A DNA stretch of 47,921 nucleotides from Patescibacteria group bacterium (GTDB taxonomy: Bacteria > Patescibacteriota > Patescibacteriia > UBA10025 > JAHIVO01): positions 603,201 to 651,121 of the forward strand of contig JAQULM010000001.1 in NCBI GenBank assembly GCA_028718605.1, given 5' to 3'. The position numbers and the translations under genes are program-made. The notes below the pieces were generated by a model. It saw only the letters and a list, made by a program, of their open reading frames with translations, ran no database searches and was not told where the DNA came from. Of the stretch, positions 1-9,013 are shown piece by piece (the first letter of the stretch is position 1; each line of letters starts with the position of its first letter).

Positions 1-1665
1 TGTAAATGTCTGTTGCGGCCATGGAAGCAACGGGCTGGACGGTCGGGCGGTCGGTGGGGTAACTTGGCGTGCCTGCCTTTTCCCAGTGCACCAGGGCATT
101 GTCGAAAGCGACGTTGAAAGCGCCGGCCGAAGCAGGCCCCGTTTCCACCCAAACCGCAAGCTTTACATAATACGTACCAGCAAGCGGCAGAAAGCTACGT
201 ATATCAATGGGTCCGAATGATGCCCAGGGTGTCGTTCCGGTAAGCGGGCCTGACGTCCACACTTCCGTCCCGATGACTGGCGCGCCGGGCGCGCTGTCGA
301 CAAATACGTAGGCCTGCAACGTCAATGGCGTGCCGCTAAACGACAGCACGGACATATCAAAACTCACATTCGCGGAGTCAGGGTTATCTTCGGTTGTGTC
401 AAATCGCTGCTGGAGAAATCCGCCGACTTCATCTCGGCTGCCCCTGGGGATAGAAATTCGCGCGTATGCACCAGGATTCCCGCCCATGGCAATGCGGCTC
501 CCTGTTACGTTGACTTCGCCTCCGCCTTGGTCCCAGTCTGCGTACTGCCACGGGGTGAGAACCGTATCAAAGCCCGGGTTGGTGGTGTCGCCGGACGCAT
601 AAACACTCTGATTCTTCAGCTGTGCCTGCGAAGAAATTACCTCTACCTTGTTCGAGTCGAATGTATAGTCGGTGGGGGCATCAAACGTTGAATAGAATGT
701 TTTTACAGCTTCATACGTCACTCGCACCGTATCCAGCATCACCTGCTGCGTGCCGTCAGAGGACAGGAATGCTTTGAAGAGGAGGCGCTGCGCTGCTGCG
801 GGGAACGCGGTGATGTGGGCATTGATGTCAGAAGCGGTGTTGGAGTCTGCCGCGCTCTTCACGGCATTCCATGCGCTGCCCGTCCAGTACTGCCAGGTCG
901 CCCCGTCGTCATCCGACAACTGGTAGTAAATCTCGCCGCCATTCTTGGTCGCTGTTTCGATGAATGAATGCCAGGTGTAAATGTCTGTTGCGGCCATGGA
1001 AGCAACGGGCTGGACGGTCGGGCGGTCGGTGGGGTAACTTGGCGTGCCTGCCTTTTCCCAGTGCACCAGGGCATTGTCGAAAGCGACGTTGAAAGCGCCG
1101 GCACGCCCGCCTGTCGTATCAACCCATACCGCGAGTTTTACATAGTATGTGCCAGGCGTCGCAACAATTCCGCTGATATCAATGGGTCCGAATGATGCCC
1201 AGGGTGTCGTTCCGGTAAGCGGGCCTGACGTCCACACTTCCGTCCCGATGACTGGCGCGCCGGGCGCGCTGTCGACAAATACGTAGGCCTGGAGCCGTGT
1301 CGGGCTACTCGGAAAAGTTACGACGCGGTTATCGAACTGTACATATGCCGTTGAATCGCTTTCGGTTACCGCGAAACTCTGCTGAAAATAACCGCCAACA
1401 AGATCATCCTGTCCGCGAGGGATGGCTATGCGCGCATACGCACCGGGGTTCCCGCCAATCGCAACGCGGCTGCCGGTTACATTGACCTCGCCAATGCCCT
1501 GGTCCCAGTCTGCGTACTGCCACGGGGTGAGAACCGTATCAAAGCCAGGATTGGTGGTGTCGCCGGAGACAACAGTACTCTGGTCTTTTAGCTGGGCGTG
1601 GGAATCGGCAATATCGATTTTATTTGCATCAAAGGTGTAGTCAGTGGCGGTGTCAAAGGTTGATT
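1..1665 (-). repeat. In-frame tandem duplication inside the giant pilin-like gene, period 975 nt (972 nt in part)
   Basis: Positions 1-127 are identical to 976-1102, and 201-316 are identical to 1176-1291. A further identical block (about 529-575 vs 1501-1547) is offset by 972 nt. The segments between these blocks are clearly diverged. Confidence 0.9.
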
Positions 1666-2257
1666 CAAGAAACGACAATGCCTGTGCTTCCTCGAGTTGC
1701 ACTTCGCCGCCGTCAACAGATGCTGTCACGACAGTAGCGAGCGTACCCTGGTCAAAGTCAGCTTTCGTCGTCTGCACCCACTTCGTGCTCCGCCAGTTCG
1801 TAATATACGTTTCGGTCGTTACCCGCTCCGGCCGCGATGCGGTAAAATTCCATGTGACGTCGGTTATTACCCGCTTCGTGTCAACGTCAATCGCTCCGCC
1901 GGAATCAACAATAGCCCCCGTTTCATCGCGGTATACCGGCGCAATCGTCACTGATCGCGTATACTGGTTATCGAGTACGCTGGGTGATGCCTGGAGCTCC
2001 CACTGGCCACTCGCGCTCGTGATGCCGAACGTTCCATCCTGCATGTTGCGCCATCCGCGGTTCGCGATGCTGCGTACGGCCTCATACCCCTCCTGAGCAT
2101 AGAGCGCAGCCTTAGTTCGCTCGCCACCCTGGCGGTTCGCACTGTGCGCATCGAGCACCAGAAACATGATGCTCGAAATGACGAGGATGAAAATCACCAT
2201 CGCAACGAGCAGTTCCAGCAAACTCTGGCCATCTTGATTGTAGTGCTTATGGCGCAT
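1..2257 (-). CDS. Giant pilin-like surface protein (prepilin-type N-terminus) with tandem ~325-aa modules; 3' end runs off the left edge of the window
   Basis: It is absent from the ORF track because no stop codon is reached inside the window. My own minus-strand translation from the ATG at 2257-2255 gives MRHKHYNQDG/QSLLELLVAMVIFILVISSIMFLV..., a G-x4-E prepilin-type signal plus hydrophobic helix. The frame stays open to position 1. The start overlaps the stop of the upstream pilin gene by 11 nt. Confidence 0.7.
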   Translation of the reverse strand, partial: MRHKHYNQDGQSLLELLVAMVIFILVISSIMFLVLDAHSANRQGGERTKAALYAQEGYEAVRSIANRGWRNMQDGTFGITSASGQWELQASPSVLDNQYTRSVTIAPVYRDETGAIVDSGGAIDVDTKRVITDVTWNFTASRPERVTTETYITNWRSTKWVQTTKADFDQGTLATVVTASVDGGEVQLEEAQALSFLESTFDTATDYTFDANKIDIADSHAQLKDQSTVVSGDTTNPGFDTVLTPWQYADWDQGIGEVNVTGSRVAIGGNPGAYARIAIPRGQDDLVGGYFQQSFAVTESDSTAYVQFDNRVVTFPSSPTRLQAYVFVDSAPGAPVIGTEVWTSGPLTGTTPWASFGPIDISGIVATPGTYYVKLAVWVDTTGGRAGAFNVAFDNALVHWEKAGTPSYPTDRPTVQPVASMAATDIYTWHSFIETATKNGGEIYYQLSDDDGATWQYWTGSAWNAVKSAADSNTASDINAHITAFPAAAQRLLFKAFLSSDGTQQVMLDTVRVTYEAVKTFYSTFDAPTDYTFDSNKVEVISSQAQLKNQSVYASGDTTNPGFDTVLTPWQYADWDQGGGEVNVTGSRIAMGGNPGAYARISIPRGSRDEVGGFLQQRFDTTEDNPDSANVSFDMSVLSFSGTPLTLQAYVFVDSAPGAPVIGTEVWTSGPLTGTTPWASFGPIDIRSFLPLAGTYYVKLAVWVETGPASAGAFNVAFDNALVHWEKAGTPSYPTDRPTVQPVASMAATDIY

Positions 2258-2699
2258 CGACAACTCCTATGCCGTTAATGGTAATCGTGCGGGAGGCGCC
2301 GGTACTCGACTCGATAACAATGGCACCTGCGCCAGTTGCCGTCCCGGCCACCGGGCTGAAAACGACGGCGCTTCCCGCACCGGTCGTGATGCTCAGCGGC
2401 TGGTCAACTTCAACGCGCTCATTCATTGGATCAGCGGGGCTATACACTGCGCCCCGGAACGTTACATACTCGTGGGTTGCGAAATACACGCCCCACGCAG
2501 AGAGCGCTTCTGACGCCATGGCACGTACCTGGGCGTGGCGCAATGCTTGGACGATTTCCGCCGTACGGTTATCGACCTCGCTATCGCTCTGGAATGACTG
2601 GTAAAAAGGAATGGCGAGCCCGACGATCATGCCAAGAATCGCAATAACAACAAGCACCTCAACCAACGTGAAAGCTGCGTTGCGGCTGCAGGAATTCAT
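2247..2699 (-). CDS. Type IV pilin / pseudopilin-like protein
   Basis: The N-terminus MNSCSRNAA/FTLVEVLVVIAILGMIVGLAIP is a prepilin-type cleavage/methylation motif (F+1, E+5) followed by a hydrophobic helix. It lies directly downstream of pilC. Confidence 0.8.
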   Translation of the reverse strand: MNSCSRNAAFTLVEVLVVIAILGMIVGLAIPFYQSFQSDSEVDNRTAEIVQALRHAQVRAMASEALSAWGVYFATHEYVTFRGAVYSPADPMNERVEVDQPLSITTGAGSAVVFSPVAGTATGAGAIVIESSTGASRTITINGIGVVDAP

Positions 2700-2707
2700 A
2701 GGCTCTC

Positions 2708-3928
2708 TTACCTCCCGATTGAACCGGTAAATTGGTAAATTGGAGAAATAATCGCGACGGCAAGGAAGCCCAGCACGATGCCGATCACGATCAGCAGGAA
2801 TGGCTCAATGACCGTCGACAGGTTCTTGGTAATGGTATCGACCTCGCCTTCATAGAAACCGGCAAGATACGCAAGGCTCTCTTCTAGCTTGCCGCTTTTC
2901 TCGCCAACCCCGATCATTCTGCTGGTCATCGGAGGGATGTATCGGCGGTTCGACAGTGCTGCGCTGAGGAGCCCGCCTTGTTGAATCTGCGTGAGGGCGA
3001 ATGTACACTGCTGCTGGTAGCGGACGTTCCCGACAACCTGTGCGGTAATCGACAGGCTGTCAGTGATTGGCACGCCGCTCTTCAATAAAATATTCATTGC
3101 CCGGGTCATCCGCGCAAGGTTCATGCCCCTGAGCAACCGCCGCAACACGGGGATATGGAGCACAAGCTCATGGAGAAACGGCCGGACTGCTTTGAGCCGA
3201 CCAACAATAATGAGAACCACCACCATGACAACCGCACCGCCGAGCACGTACCAGCCATAATCAACGAGAAAAGTAGCGATATTCAAAAAAATTCTCGTTG
3301 CAAACGGCAACTCAAGCTTGAACGTTGTGAACAGCCGCACGAGCTTCGGAAGTATAAAAACCGAAAGCACGGTCCCGAGGACGATGACGCCAGACAGCAC
3401 AACTGTCGGATAGAGCATGGCCGATTTAACCTTTCGGCGGAGGTCAAAATCACGCTCAAGCTGGCCGGCAACGTAATCCAAATTACGCTCCAGCGTGCCG
3501 CTCGCCTCGCCAACGCGCACCATGCCAATGAAAATACCGGAAAAGATTTTTGGGAATGCGTCCAGGCTTGCCGCAAGGCTGCTGCCGTTCATAACATCCG
3601 TCCGTATGCTGACGATCACTTCCTGCATCTTGCCCGTTGTCTGCTCCCGAAGAACGTCCAGCGCCTCAACGAGCGGGAGCCCGGACTGAAGCATGATCGA
3701 AAGATGCCGTGCAAAAATAACGCGATCGAGGAGAGAAACACGAAAACCGCCGTGTCGTGGAGCTCCAAGGCCAGGGATCCGTGCTCCCTTGCGGTTACGT
3801 ACCTGTATGGTAATCGGAATTAACCCCAATTCCTGCAGATGCTCCTTCACCTCCTGAGGCGAAGCTGCATCGAGCGTGCCCCGCTGCATCTCGCCCGTTC
3901 GTGTTGTGGCAACGTATGAATACTGCAT
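2708..3928 (-). CDS. pilC: Type IV pilus platform protein PilC (GspF family)
   Basis: It has two GspF-like repeats and polytopic membrane segments (LYPTVVLSGVIVLGTVLSVFILPKL...). The ORF track starts at TTG 4003, which overlaps pilB. I prefer ATG 3928 (MQYSYVATTRTGEMQRGTL...), a typical PilC N-terminus. Confidence 0.85.
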   Translation of the reverse strand: MQYSYVATTRTGEMQRGTLDAASPQEVKEHLQELGLIPITIQVRNRKGARIPGLGAPRHGGFRVSLLDRVIFARHLSIMLQSGLPLVEALDVLREQTTGKMQEVIVSIRTDVMNGSSLAASLDAFPKIFSGIFIGMVRVGEASGTLERNLDYVAGQLERDFDLRRKVKSAMLYPTVVLSGVIVLGTVLSVFILPKLVRLFTTFKLELPFATRIFLNIATFLVDYGWYVLGGAVVMVVVLIIVGRLKAVRPFLHELVLHIPVLRRLLRGMNLARMTRAMNILLKSGVPITDSLSITAQVVGNVRYQQQCTFALTQIQQGGLLSAALSNRRYIPPMTSRMIGVGEKSGKLEESLAYLAGFYEGEVDTITKNLSTVIEPFLLIVIGIVLGFLAVAIISPIYQFTGSIGR

Positions 3929-3971
3929 ATAATTGCGATCAATGCGCTCCGGCGAGTAAATACCTTCATGC

Positions 3972-5663
3972 TTATTCTCGCGTCGCGCGAAGTATTTCTT
4001 CAATACTGGTGACCCCGCGGAGCGCTTTCTGGATACCGTCTTCCAGCATAGTTTGCATGCCGTTTGCTATCGCAGCAGCGCGGACATCATCACTGTTCGA
4101 CCGCTGCATGACAAGTCGGCGCACCGCTTCGCTCATTTCGAGGACTTCAAAGATGCCAACACGGCCTTCGTAGCCGGTATTGCTGCACAGTTTGCAACCG
4201 GCACCGCGGTAGAGGCGGACTCCAGGGCGGTCAATCCCAAATTTCTTTGCGCGGTCGTTCCCGATTGCCGCTACGATCCCTGCACGGTCCTCGGCAGACG
4301 GTTCGTAGCTCTCCATGCATCCCTGGTGGATGCGCCGGACGAGCCGCTGGGCGATAACGGCATTCACCGTCGATGCAATCATGAAAGGCTCGATTTTCAT
4401 ATCGATGAGACGCGGGAGCGTCGTCGGGGCGTCGTTCGCATGCAATGTCGTCAGTACCAGGTGGCCAGTCATCGCGGCGTTGATCGCGATACCTGCCGTG
4501 TCTTCGTCGCGGATCTCACCGACCATAATAATGTCAGGGTCCTGGCGGAGAATCGAACGCAGGCCGTTTGCGAATGTCAGGTTCGTCTTCGGATTCGCCT
4601 GGATTTGGTTAACGCCTTCCATGTCGTATTCGACCGGATCCTCAATCGTCGAAATGTTCACCTGCCGCGTATTCAATATCTTGAGTATCGCATATAACGT
4701 CGTCGTTTTGCCCGAACCAGTCGGCCCCGTAACAACAATCATGCCATACGGCTTATGGAACCCTCGCTGTACTTTCTTGAAATCTTCGCCCTCGAGCCCG
4801 AGGTCGGGAAGGCTGTACTGGCGTGATTTCTCTGAAAGTATGCGGAGGACGACTTTTTCGCCATCAGCAACAGGTACGATCGAAACGCGCACATCAACTT
4901 TACTCCCTTCGGCGGTAAATTCGAGCCTGCCGTCCTGCGCCGCTCGGTGCTCATCGGTACGCAAATTCGACTGGATTTTAATTCTGGTCACGAGCGAGCC
5001 ATGAATTTGTTTCGGAAGCATCACGACATCATGAAGAATGCCGTCAATCCGAAACCGTACCGCAATTTTACGTTCATGGGGCTCTATGTGGATATCCGAC
5101 GCTTTATTCTCATATGCATACTGCAGTACCGTATCAACAATCCTGATGACAGGAATGTCGCGCGCATCACCAGCTACGCGCTCTGTTTCCTGGATGCTCT
5201 TCTTGATAATGTCACCGAATTCCTCCGTGATATCTTTCCGGTACAGGCGAAAGGCAGCGGAAATATCACGCTCAGTTGCAAAATACGGTATGACGACCTC
5301 ACCCGTTTTTCGCGACAGGTGCTGGATAAATTCTTCATTATCTGGCTCGTGCAGCGCTACCTTGATGCCGTGTGCATCGCGCGCGAAGGCAATTGCGGAC
5401 TGCCGCCGGGCTACGAGCTCAGGCACAATGCGGAGCGTCGCGTCTTCAATGCTCTTCTTGGCAAGGCTGACGAACGGGACACCATACTGGTCCGCCATGA
5501 TCTGGCCAAGATTGCTGTCTGAAATGTATTCGTCCTCAATCAGCACGTGCTCAAGAGGAACGCCGCGATCCTGCGCTGCGTCCTGCGCAGCCTGCAGTTT
5601 GTCCTGCGTCAGAAGCTCTGACTGGACCAATACTGTCCCGAGCTTGTGGGGATCGAGTATCAT
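3972..5663 (-). CDS. pilB: Type IV pilus assembly ATPase PilB (GspE family)
   Basis: Walker A is VTGPTGSGKTTTLYA. It has a GspE-type N-terminal domain and a C-terminal Cys cluster (CKLCSNTGYEGRVGIFEV). A 4-nt overlap links it to the upstream receiver gene. Confidence 0.9.
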   Translation of the reverse strand: MILDPHKLGTVLVQSELLTQDKLQAAQDAAQDRGVPLEHVLIEDEYISDSNLGQIMADQYGVPFVSLAKKSIEDATLRIVPELVARRQSAIAFARDAHGIKVALHEPDNEEFIQHLSRKTGEVVIPYFATERDISAAFRLYRKDITEEFGDIIKKSIQETERVAGDARDIPVIRIVDTVLQYAYENKASDIHIEPHERKIAVRFRIDGILHDVVMLPKQIHGSLVTRIKIQSNLRTDEHRAAQDGRLEFTAEGSKVDVRVSIVPVADGEKVVLRILSEKSRQYSLPDLGLEGEDFKKVQRGFHKPYGMIVVTGPTGSGKTTTLYAILKILNTRQVNISTIEDPVEYDMEGVNQIQANPKTNLTFANGLRSILRQDPDIIMVGEIRDEDTAGIAINAAMTGHLVLTTLHANDAPTTLPRLIDMKIEPFMIASTVNAVIAQRLVRRIHQGCMESYEPSAEDRAGIVAAIGNDRAKKFGIDRPGVRLYRGAGCKLCSNTGYEGRVGIFEVLEMSEAVRRLVMQRSNSDDVRAAAIANGMQTMLEDGIQKALRGVTSIEEILRATRE

Positions 5664-6040
5664 GTTTGTGGTACGTATGATCGCACTTTTTCAACCAACT
5701 CTGCCAATGAAACATCTGATTTCACCAGGTAGTCAACGGCGCCGAGATCATTGCCGCGTTCAATATCCGCCTCCTGGCCGAGATTAGAAAGGATTATTAC
5801 TGGTACGGATTTTGTGATATCGCTCGCCTTCAACTCCTCGAGCACCTTAAAACCGTCCTTTCCGGGAAGAATCAAATCCAGGAGGACAATATCTGGCTTT
5901 TCCGTCTGCGCTTTGCGTAATGCTTCGTCACCTGTCGTCGCCGGCGATACCGCATACCCGCTGACACGCAACTTATTGCTGTAGATTTTCAACAATGAGA
6001 GGTCGTCTTCGACGAGCAGGACTTTCCGCGGTGTTGTCAT
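5660..6040 (-). CDS. Receiver-only (CheY-like) response regulator
   Basis: The sequence KVLLVEDD...DIVLLDLILPGKDGFKVLEELK...PVIILSNLG is a receiver domain. There is no output domain. It has ATGA-type overlaps with the kinase upstream and pilB downstream. Confidence 0.85.
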   Translation of the reverse strand: MTTPRKVLLVEDDLSLLKIYSNKLRVSGYAVSPATTGDEALRKAQTEKPDIVLLDLILPGKDGFKVLEELKASDITKSVPVIILSNLGQEADIERGNDLGAVDYLVKSDVSLAELVEKVRSYVPQT

Positions 6041-6852
6041 GGTGTATCCGGTGAATTCTTAGCAATGGTAAAGAAAAATGTCGTTCCCTTGCCTTCGGTC
6101 GATTCGAACCAAATCGACCCGCCATGGGCTTCAACGATGACGCGGGCGATAAACAGCCCGAGCCCGGAACCGACGGTATCTTTATGCAGGATGTTTTTCG
6201 CGCGGAAAAACTTAGTAAAAATCGCTTCCTGCTCATCCGCCGGTATGCCGACACCGTTGTCCTTGCACGCGAACAGCACATCGGTGTCCCGGTCTGTAAG
6301 CGCAATTTCAGCCCGACCCCGTCCGCTGGAGTATTTAATTGCATTCGTCAGTATGTTTTCCACGACCTGTTTCAGCTTCACGCGATCTGCGCTGATAAAT
6401 GGGCGCGATCCGGTTGGTGCCTGGAACACGAGCTCGCAGTTTGACGCCCGGGCGATTGATTGCAGCCGTTTTACCTCTTGCTCAATAAGCGCGGTAAAAT
6501 CTATCATCTCCCGCTTCAAGTCCAGTTTCTGTGCATCAAGTTTAACGATATGCAGATAATCGTTCACGAGCTCGATGGTTTCACGGTTCATCTTCAGCGC
6601 ATCGTTGACATATTCGCCCTGAGAATCATTGAGAGGTCCCAGGTCCCCCGCAGATAACGCCTCGAGGTATCCCTTGATAACCGAGAGGGGGGTGCGAAGC
6701 TGATGGCTAATAATTGAAACAAAGCTCGACCGGCGCTCTTCGGTCTTCTGGATCGACTCTGCACGCTCTCGGCGCAATCGTAGGATGAGGTAAACGATAC
6801 AGCCAAGCGCACCGGCACTACATAAGAAAAATACTGCTGTTGAAATTTGCAT
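6037..6852 (-). CDS. Sensor histidine kinase (HisKA + HATPase_c)
   Basis: The H-box is SIISHQLRTPLSVIKGYLE. The N/G boxes are NILTNAIKYS...DNGVGIP...GSGLGLFIARVIVEAHGG. One N-terminal TM segment is present. The ORF is open up to GTG 6882, but ATG 6852 (MQISTAVFF...) fits the promoter-like motif better. Confidence 0.8.
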   Translation of the reverse strand: MQISTAVFFLCSAGALGCIVYLILRLRRERAESIQKTEERRSSFVSIISHQLRTPLSVIKGYLEALSAGDLGPLNDSQGEYVNDALKMNRETIELVNDYLHIVKLDAQKLDLKREMIDFTALIEQEVKRLQSIARASNCELVFQAPTGSRPFISADRVKLKQVVENILTNAIKYSSGRGRAEIALTDRDTDVLFACKDNGVGIPADEQEAIFTKFFRAKNILHKDTVGSGLGLFIARVIVEAHGGSIWFESTEGKGTTFFFTIAKNSPDTP

Positions 6853-6872
6853 ATGATTAAAAAACCATTTTA

Positions 6873-6901
6873 AAAATAACACGAAAAAATGAATTTGTCA
6901 A
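6873..6901 (-). promoter_or_regulatory. Sigma70-like promoter candidate for the kinase/pilus operon
   Basis: The minus strand reads TTGACA, a 17-nt spacer, then TATTTT, about 20-45 nt upstream of ATG 6852. Confidence 0.3.
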
Positions 6902-6958
6902 CTTTAAAAAATCCGCCACACGAACTGACTGCTCAGTTTGAAATTATCAGCACGTATA

Positions 6959-6987
6959 TTGACGAAGAGTGTTTTTTATGCTAAAAT
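6959..6987 (+). promoter_or_regulatory. Sigma70-like promoter candidate upstream of pilT
   Basis: TTGACG (6959-6964), a 17-nt spacer, then TAAAAT (6982-6987), in the AT-rich divergent intergenic region. Confidence 0.35.
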
Positions 6988-7145
6988 TAATCTATCAATA
7001 CAAAAATACAAATGAAAAAATACCGTACAATAGCGGCAAACAAGGTTGCGTTTGCAACATTAGGCCGAAGCATTTATGCGAAGCGGAGGAAGTCAGCGCT
7101 TAGTTTAGAATTATTAATCGAGCGTTTTTTATTGCATAGGACCTT

Positions 7146-8198
7146 ATGGCAAAGATAGACACCATTTTCCAGAAAGCAATCGATAATAAAGCTTCGGACA
7201 TCCACCTTACCGCGGATCGGCCGCCAATTTTCAGGATCGACGGTGAGCTTATTGAGATGGATGGCGCAAAACCGCTGAAAGCAACCGACGTCTACAATCT
7301 TGTATTCGAAATGCTTTCGGAAAAACAACAGCAACTATTGACGCAAAACCGTGAGCTTGACCTGTCCTATGAGCTCAACGGCGGCCAGCGCTTCCGCGTC
7401 AATTGCTTTTGGGAGCGCGACAACGTTGCACTCGCTGCCCGTATCATCGCATCAGCAATTCCGACACTCGACGAGCTGTATCTCCCGAATGTCGTCCGCG
7501 ACCTCATACGCCTGAAGCAAGGCTTGATCCTGGTCACCGGCCCGACCGGCTGCGGCAAATCAACCACGCTCGCGGCGATGATCGACTTCATCAACCAGGA
7601 CCGCGGTGTGCACATCATCACGCTCGAGGATCCGATCGAATTCGTCTATCCGTCCGGCTCCGGCAAATGCCTCATCGTCCAGCGGCAGCTCGGCACTGAC
7701 ATGATCACGTTCGGCGATGCGCTGAAACATGTGCTCCGGCAGGATCCGAATGTCATCCTTGTCGGTGAAATGCGGGATCTGGAAACAATCGCCGCGACTA
7801 TTACATTAGCGGAAACCGGCCACCTGGTACTTGCGACACTGCACACATTCAATGCTGCACAGACTGTCGACCGTATTATCGACGTATTTCCACCGTACCA
7901 GCAGCAGCAAATTCGCCTCCAGTTATCACTCTTCCTCAAGGGAATTATCTCCCAGCAATTGCTTCAGAAAATTGGTGGCGGACGAATTTCAGCACGTGAA
8001 ATACTCATTAATACGCCCGCTGTTTCAAACCTGATCCGCGAGAACAAGGTGGCGCAAATAAAAACCGTGATCCAGACGAGCGCCGAAGACGGCATGTTCA
8101 CGATCGACCAGGACCTGAAACGCCTGTTTGAAAACGGGTATATCGAGAAAGAGCTCGCCAAAACATATATGGCGAACCCTTCAATGCTCGAATCATAG
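7146..8198 (+). CDS. pilT: Twitching-motility retraction ATPase PilT
   Basis: The 350-aa protein starts MAKIDTIFQKAIDNKASDIHL. Walker A is VTGPTGCGKSTTLAAMI. It also has GEMRDLETI and LVLATLHT motifs typical of the PilT/PilU family. Confidence 0.9.
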   Translation: MAKIDTIFQKAIDNKASDIHLTADRPPIFRIDGELIEMDGAKPLKATDVYNLVFEMLSEKQQQLLTQNRELDLSYELNGGQRFRVNCFWERDNVALAARIIASAIPTLDELYLPNVVRDLIRLKQGLILVTGPTGCGKSTTLAAMIDFINQDRGVHIITLEDPIEFVYPSGSGKCLIVQRQLGTDMITFGDALKHVLRQDPNVILVGEMRDLETIAATITLAETGHLVLATLHTFNAAQTVDRIIDVFPPYQQQQIRLQLSLFLKGIISQQLLQKIGGGRISAREILINTPAVSNLIRENKVAQIKTVIQTSAEDGMFTIDQDLKRLFENGYIEKELAKTYMANPSMLES

Positions 8199-8308
8199 AA
8201 CGCCTCCGGAATGCCCAACGATGTACAGGTACTGGCACGTATCCGTATTGATTTTTTCGCACGCGCGTGTTACCGTACTATCGTTATTCGTATGTTTATT
8301 TACAATCC

Positions 8309-8380
8309 GCCCCCGTGGTGTAATGGATAACACGCCAGTCTTCGGAACTGGAAATCCAGGTTCGATTCCTGGCGAGGGCA
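8309..8380 (+). tRNA. tRNA-Arg (anticodon TCG)
   Basis: Hand-folded cloverleaf: acceptor GCCCCCG/CGAGGGC (one mismatch), D stem GTGT/ACAC, anticodon arm CCAGT-CTTCGGA-ACTGG, T arm CCAGG-TTCGATT-CCTGG. CCA is not encoded. Confidence 0.85.
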
Positions 8381-8566
8381 GGGAGCGAGAACGGCGAAAC
8401 TGTTTTTCAATAGTATTTACTATCGAGGGCAACGAGCTTAGTTAGGCCGAGTCCACAAGCGAAGTGAACTGCTTCAATTCGCGCGGGACGAGGCGGGCTG
8501 GCCGATGCCGCCGATAGGCGACCGGGCAGCCCCGGATAGAGTGCCGCAGTATGACCCATTCATGTT

Positions 8567-8644
8567 GGGGTGATTAGCTCAGCTGGTTAGAGCGCTATCC
8601 TTACACGATAGAGGTCCCTGGTTCGATCCCAGGATCACCCACCA
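8567..8644 (+). tRNA. tRNA-Val (anticodon TAC), CCA encoded
   Basis: Acceptor GGGGTGA/TCACCC, D arm GCTC-AGCTGGTTA-GAGC, anticodon arm CTATC-CTTACAC-GATAG, T arm CCTGG-TTCGATC-CCAGG, then A-CCA. Confidence 0.9.
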
Positions 8645-8665
8645 TAGTAATTATTTAAAAAATCT

Positions 8666-8920
8666 ATGCGTTACTTCCTCGGTATCATTTTCATCGGCGT
8701 CGGATTCGTCATAGTCTGGAAGGCCGACTGGATCATGAATAATTTCGGCAGAATCGCGTGGGCAGAGGAGCATCTCGGCAGCGAGGGCGGCACGCGTATC
8801 ATGTGGAAATTTATTGGCATTATCGTCATCATTTTTGCATTCCTGTACATGTCTGGCGCACTCGCAGGCATTCTCCGCGGTATATTCGGACAAACCATCA
8901 CGTCGGTTAATAGTTCGTAA
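8666..8920 (+). CDS. Small membrane protein, function unknown
   Basis: The 84-aa ORF has two clear hydrophobic helices (FLGIIFIGVGFVIVW; FIGIIVIIFAFLYMSGALAGIL). It lies between two tRNA genes. Confidence 0.5.
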   Translation: MRYFLGIIFIGVGFVIVWKADWIMNNFGRIAWAEEHLGSEGGTRIMWKFIGIIVIIFAFLYMSGALAGILRGIFGQTITSVNSS

Positions 8921-8937
8921 AAGATAATTTTTCTCAC

Positions 8938-9013
8938 GGGCCAGTAGTTCAGTGGCTAGAACGCCGCATTTGCAATGCGGAGATCAGGGGTTCGATTCCC
9001 CTCTGGTCCACCA
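8938..9013 (+). tRNA. tRNA-Ala (anticodon TGC), CCA encoded; island junction lies immediately 3'
   Basis: Acceptor GGGCCAG/CTGGTCC with the G3:U70 Ala identity pair, anticodon arm CCGCA-TTTGCAA-TGCGG, T arm AGGGG-TTCGATT-CCCCT, then A-CCA. Base composition turns AT-rich right after position 9013. Confidence 0.9.

Noticed and set aside
1-1665. Diversity-generating retroelement (template/variable repeat pair) as an explanation for the near-identical repeats in the pilin-like gene
   Set aside because: The differences between the copies are clustered in blocks and involve all four bases rather than adenine-specific substitutions. The copies are in-frame tandem modules of one gene. No reverse transcriptase gene is present in the window.
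3155-5787. Long plus-strand ORFs (for example 3155-3823, 4315-5004, 4947-5522, 5038-5787) and similar shadow ORFs throughout the GC-rich regions (22412-23478, 25046-25765, 27038-28444, 33622-34345 and others)
   Set aside because: They lie antisense to or out of frame with genes that have strong family signatures (PilB, PilC, amidase, Wzy and others). Their translations are Arg/Ser/Pro-rich with no motifs. This is typical of spurious ORFs in GC-rich DNA.
7074-7334. 86-aa minus-strand ORF overlapping the pilT start
   Set aside because: It overlaps the well-supported pilT N-terminus and the AT-rich promoter region. It has no motifs.
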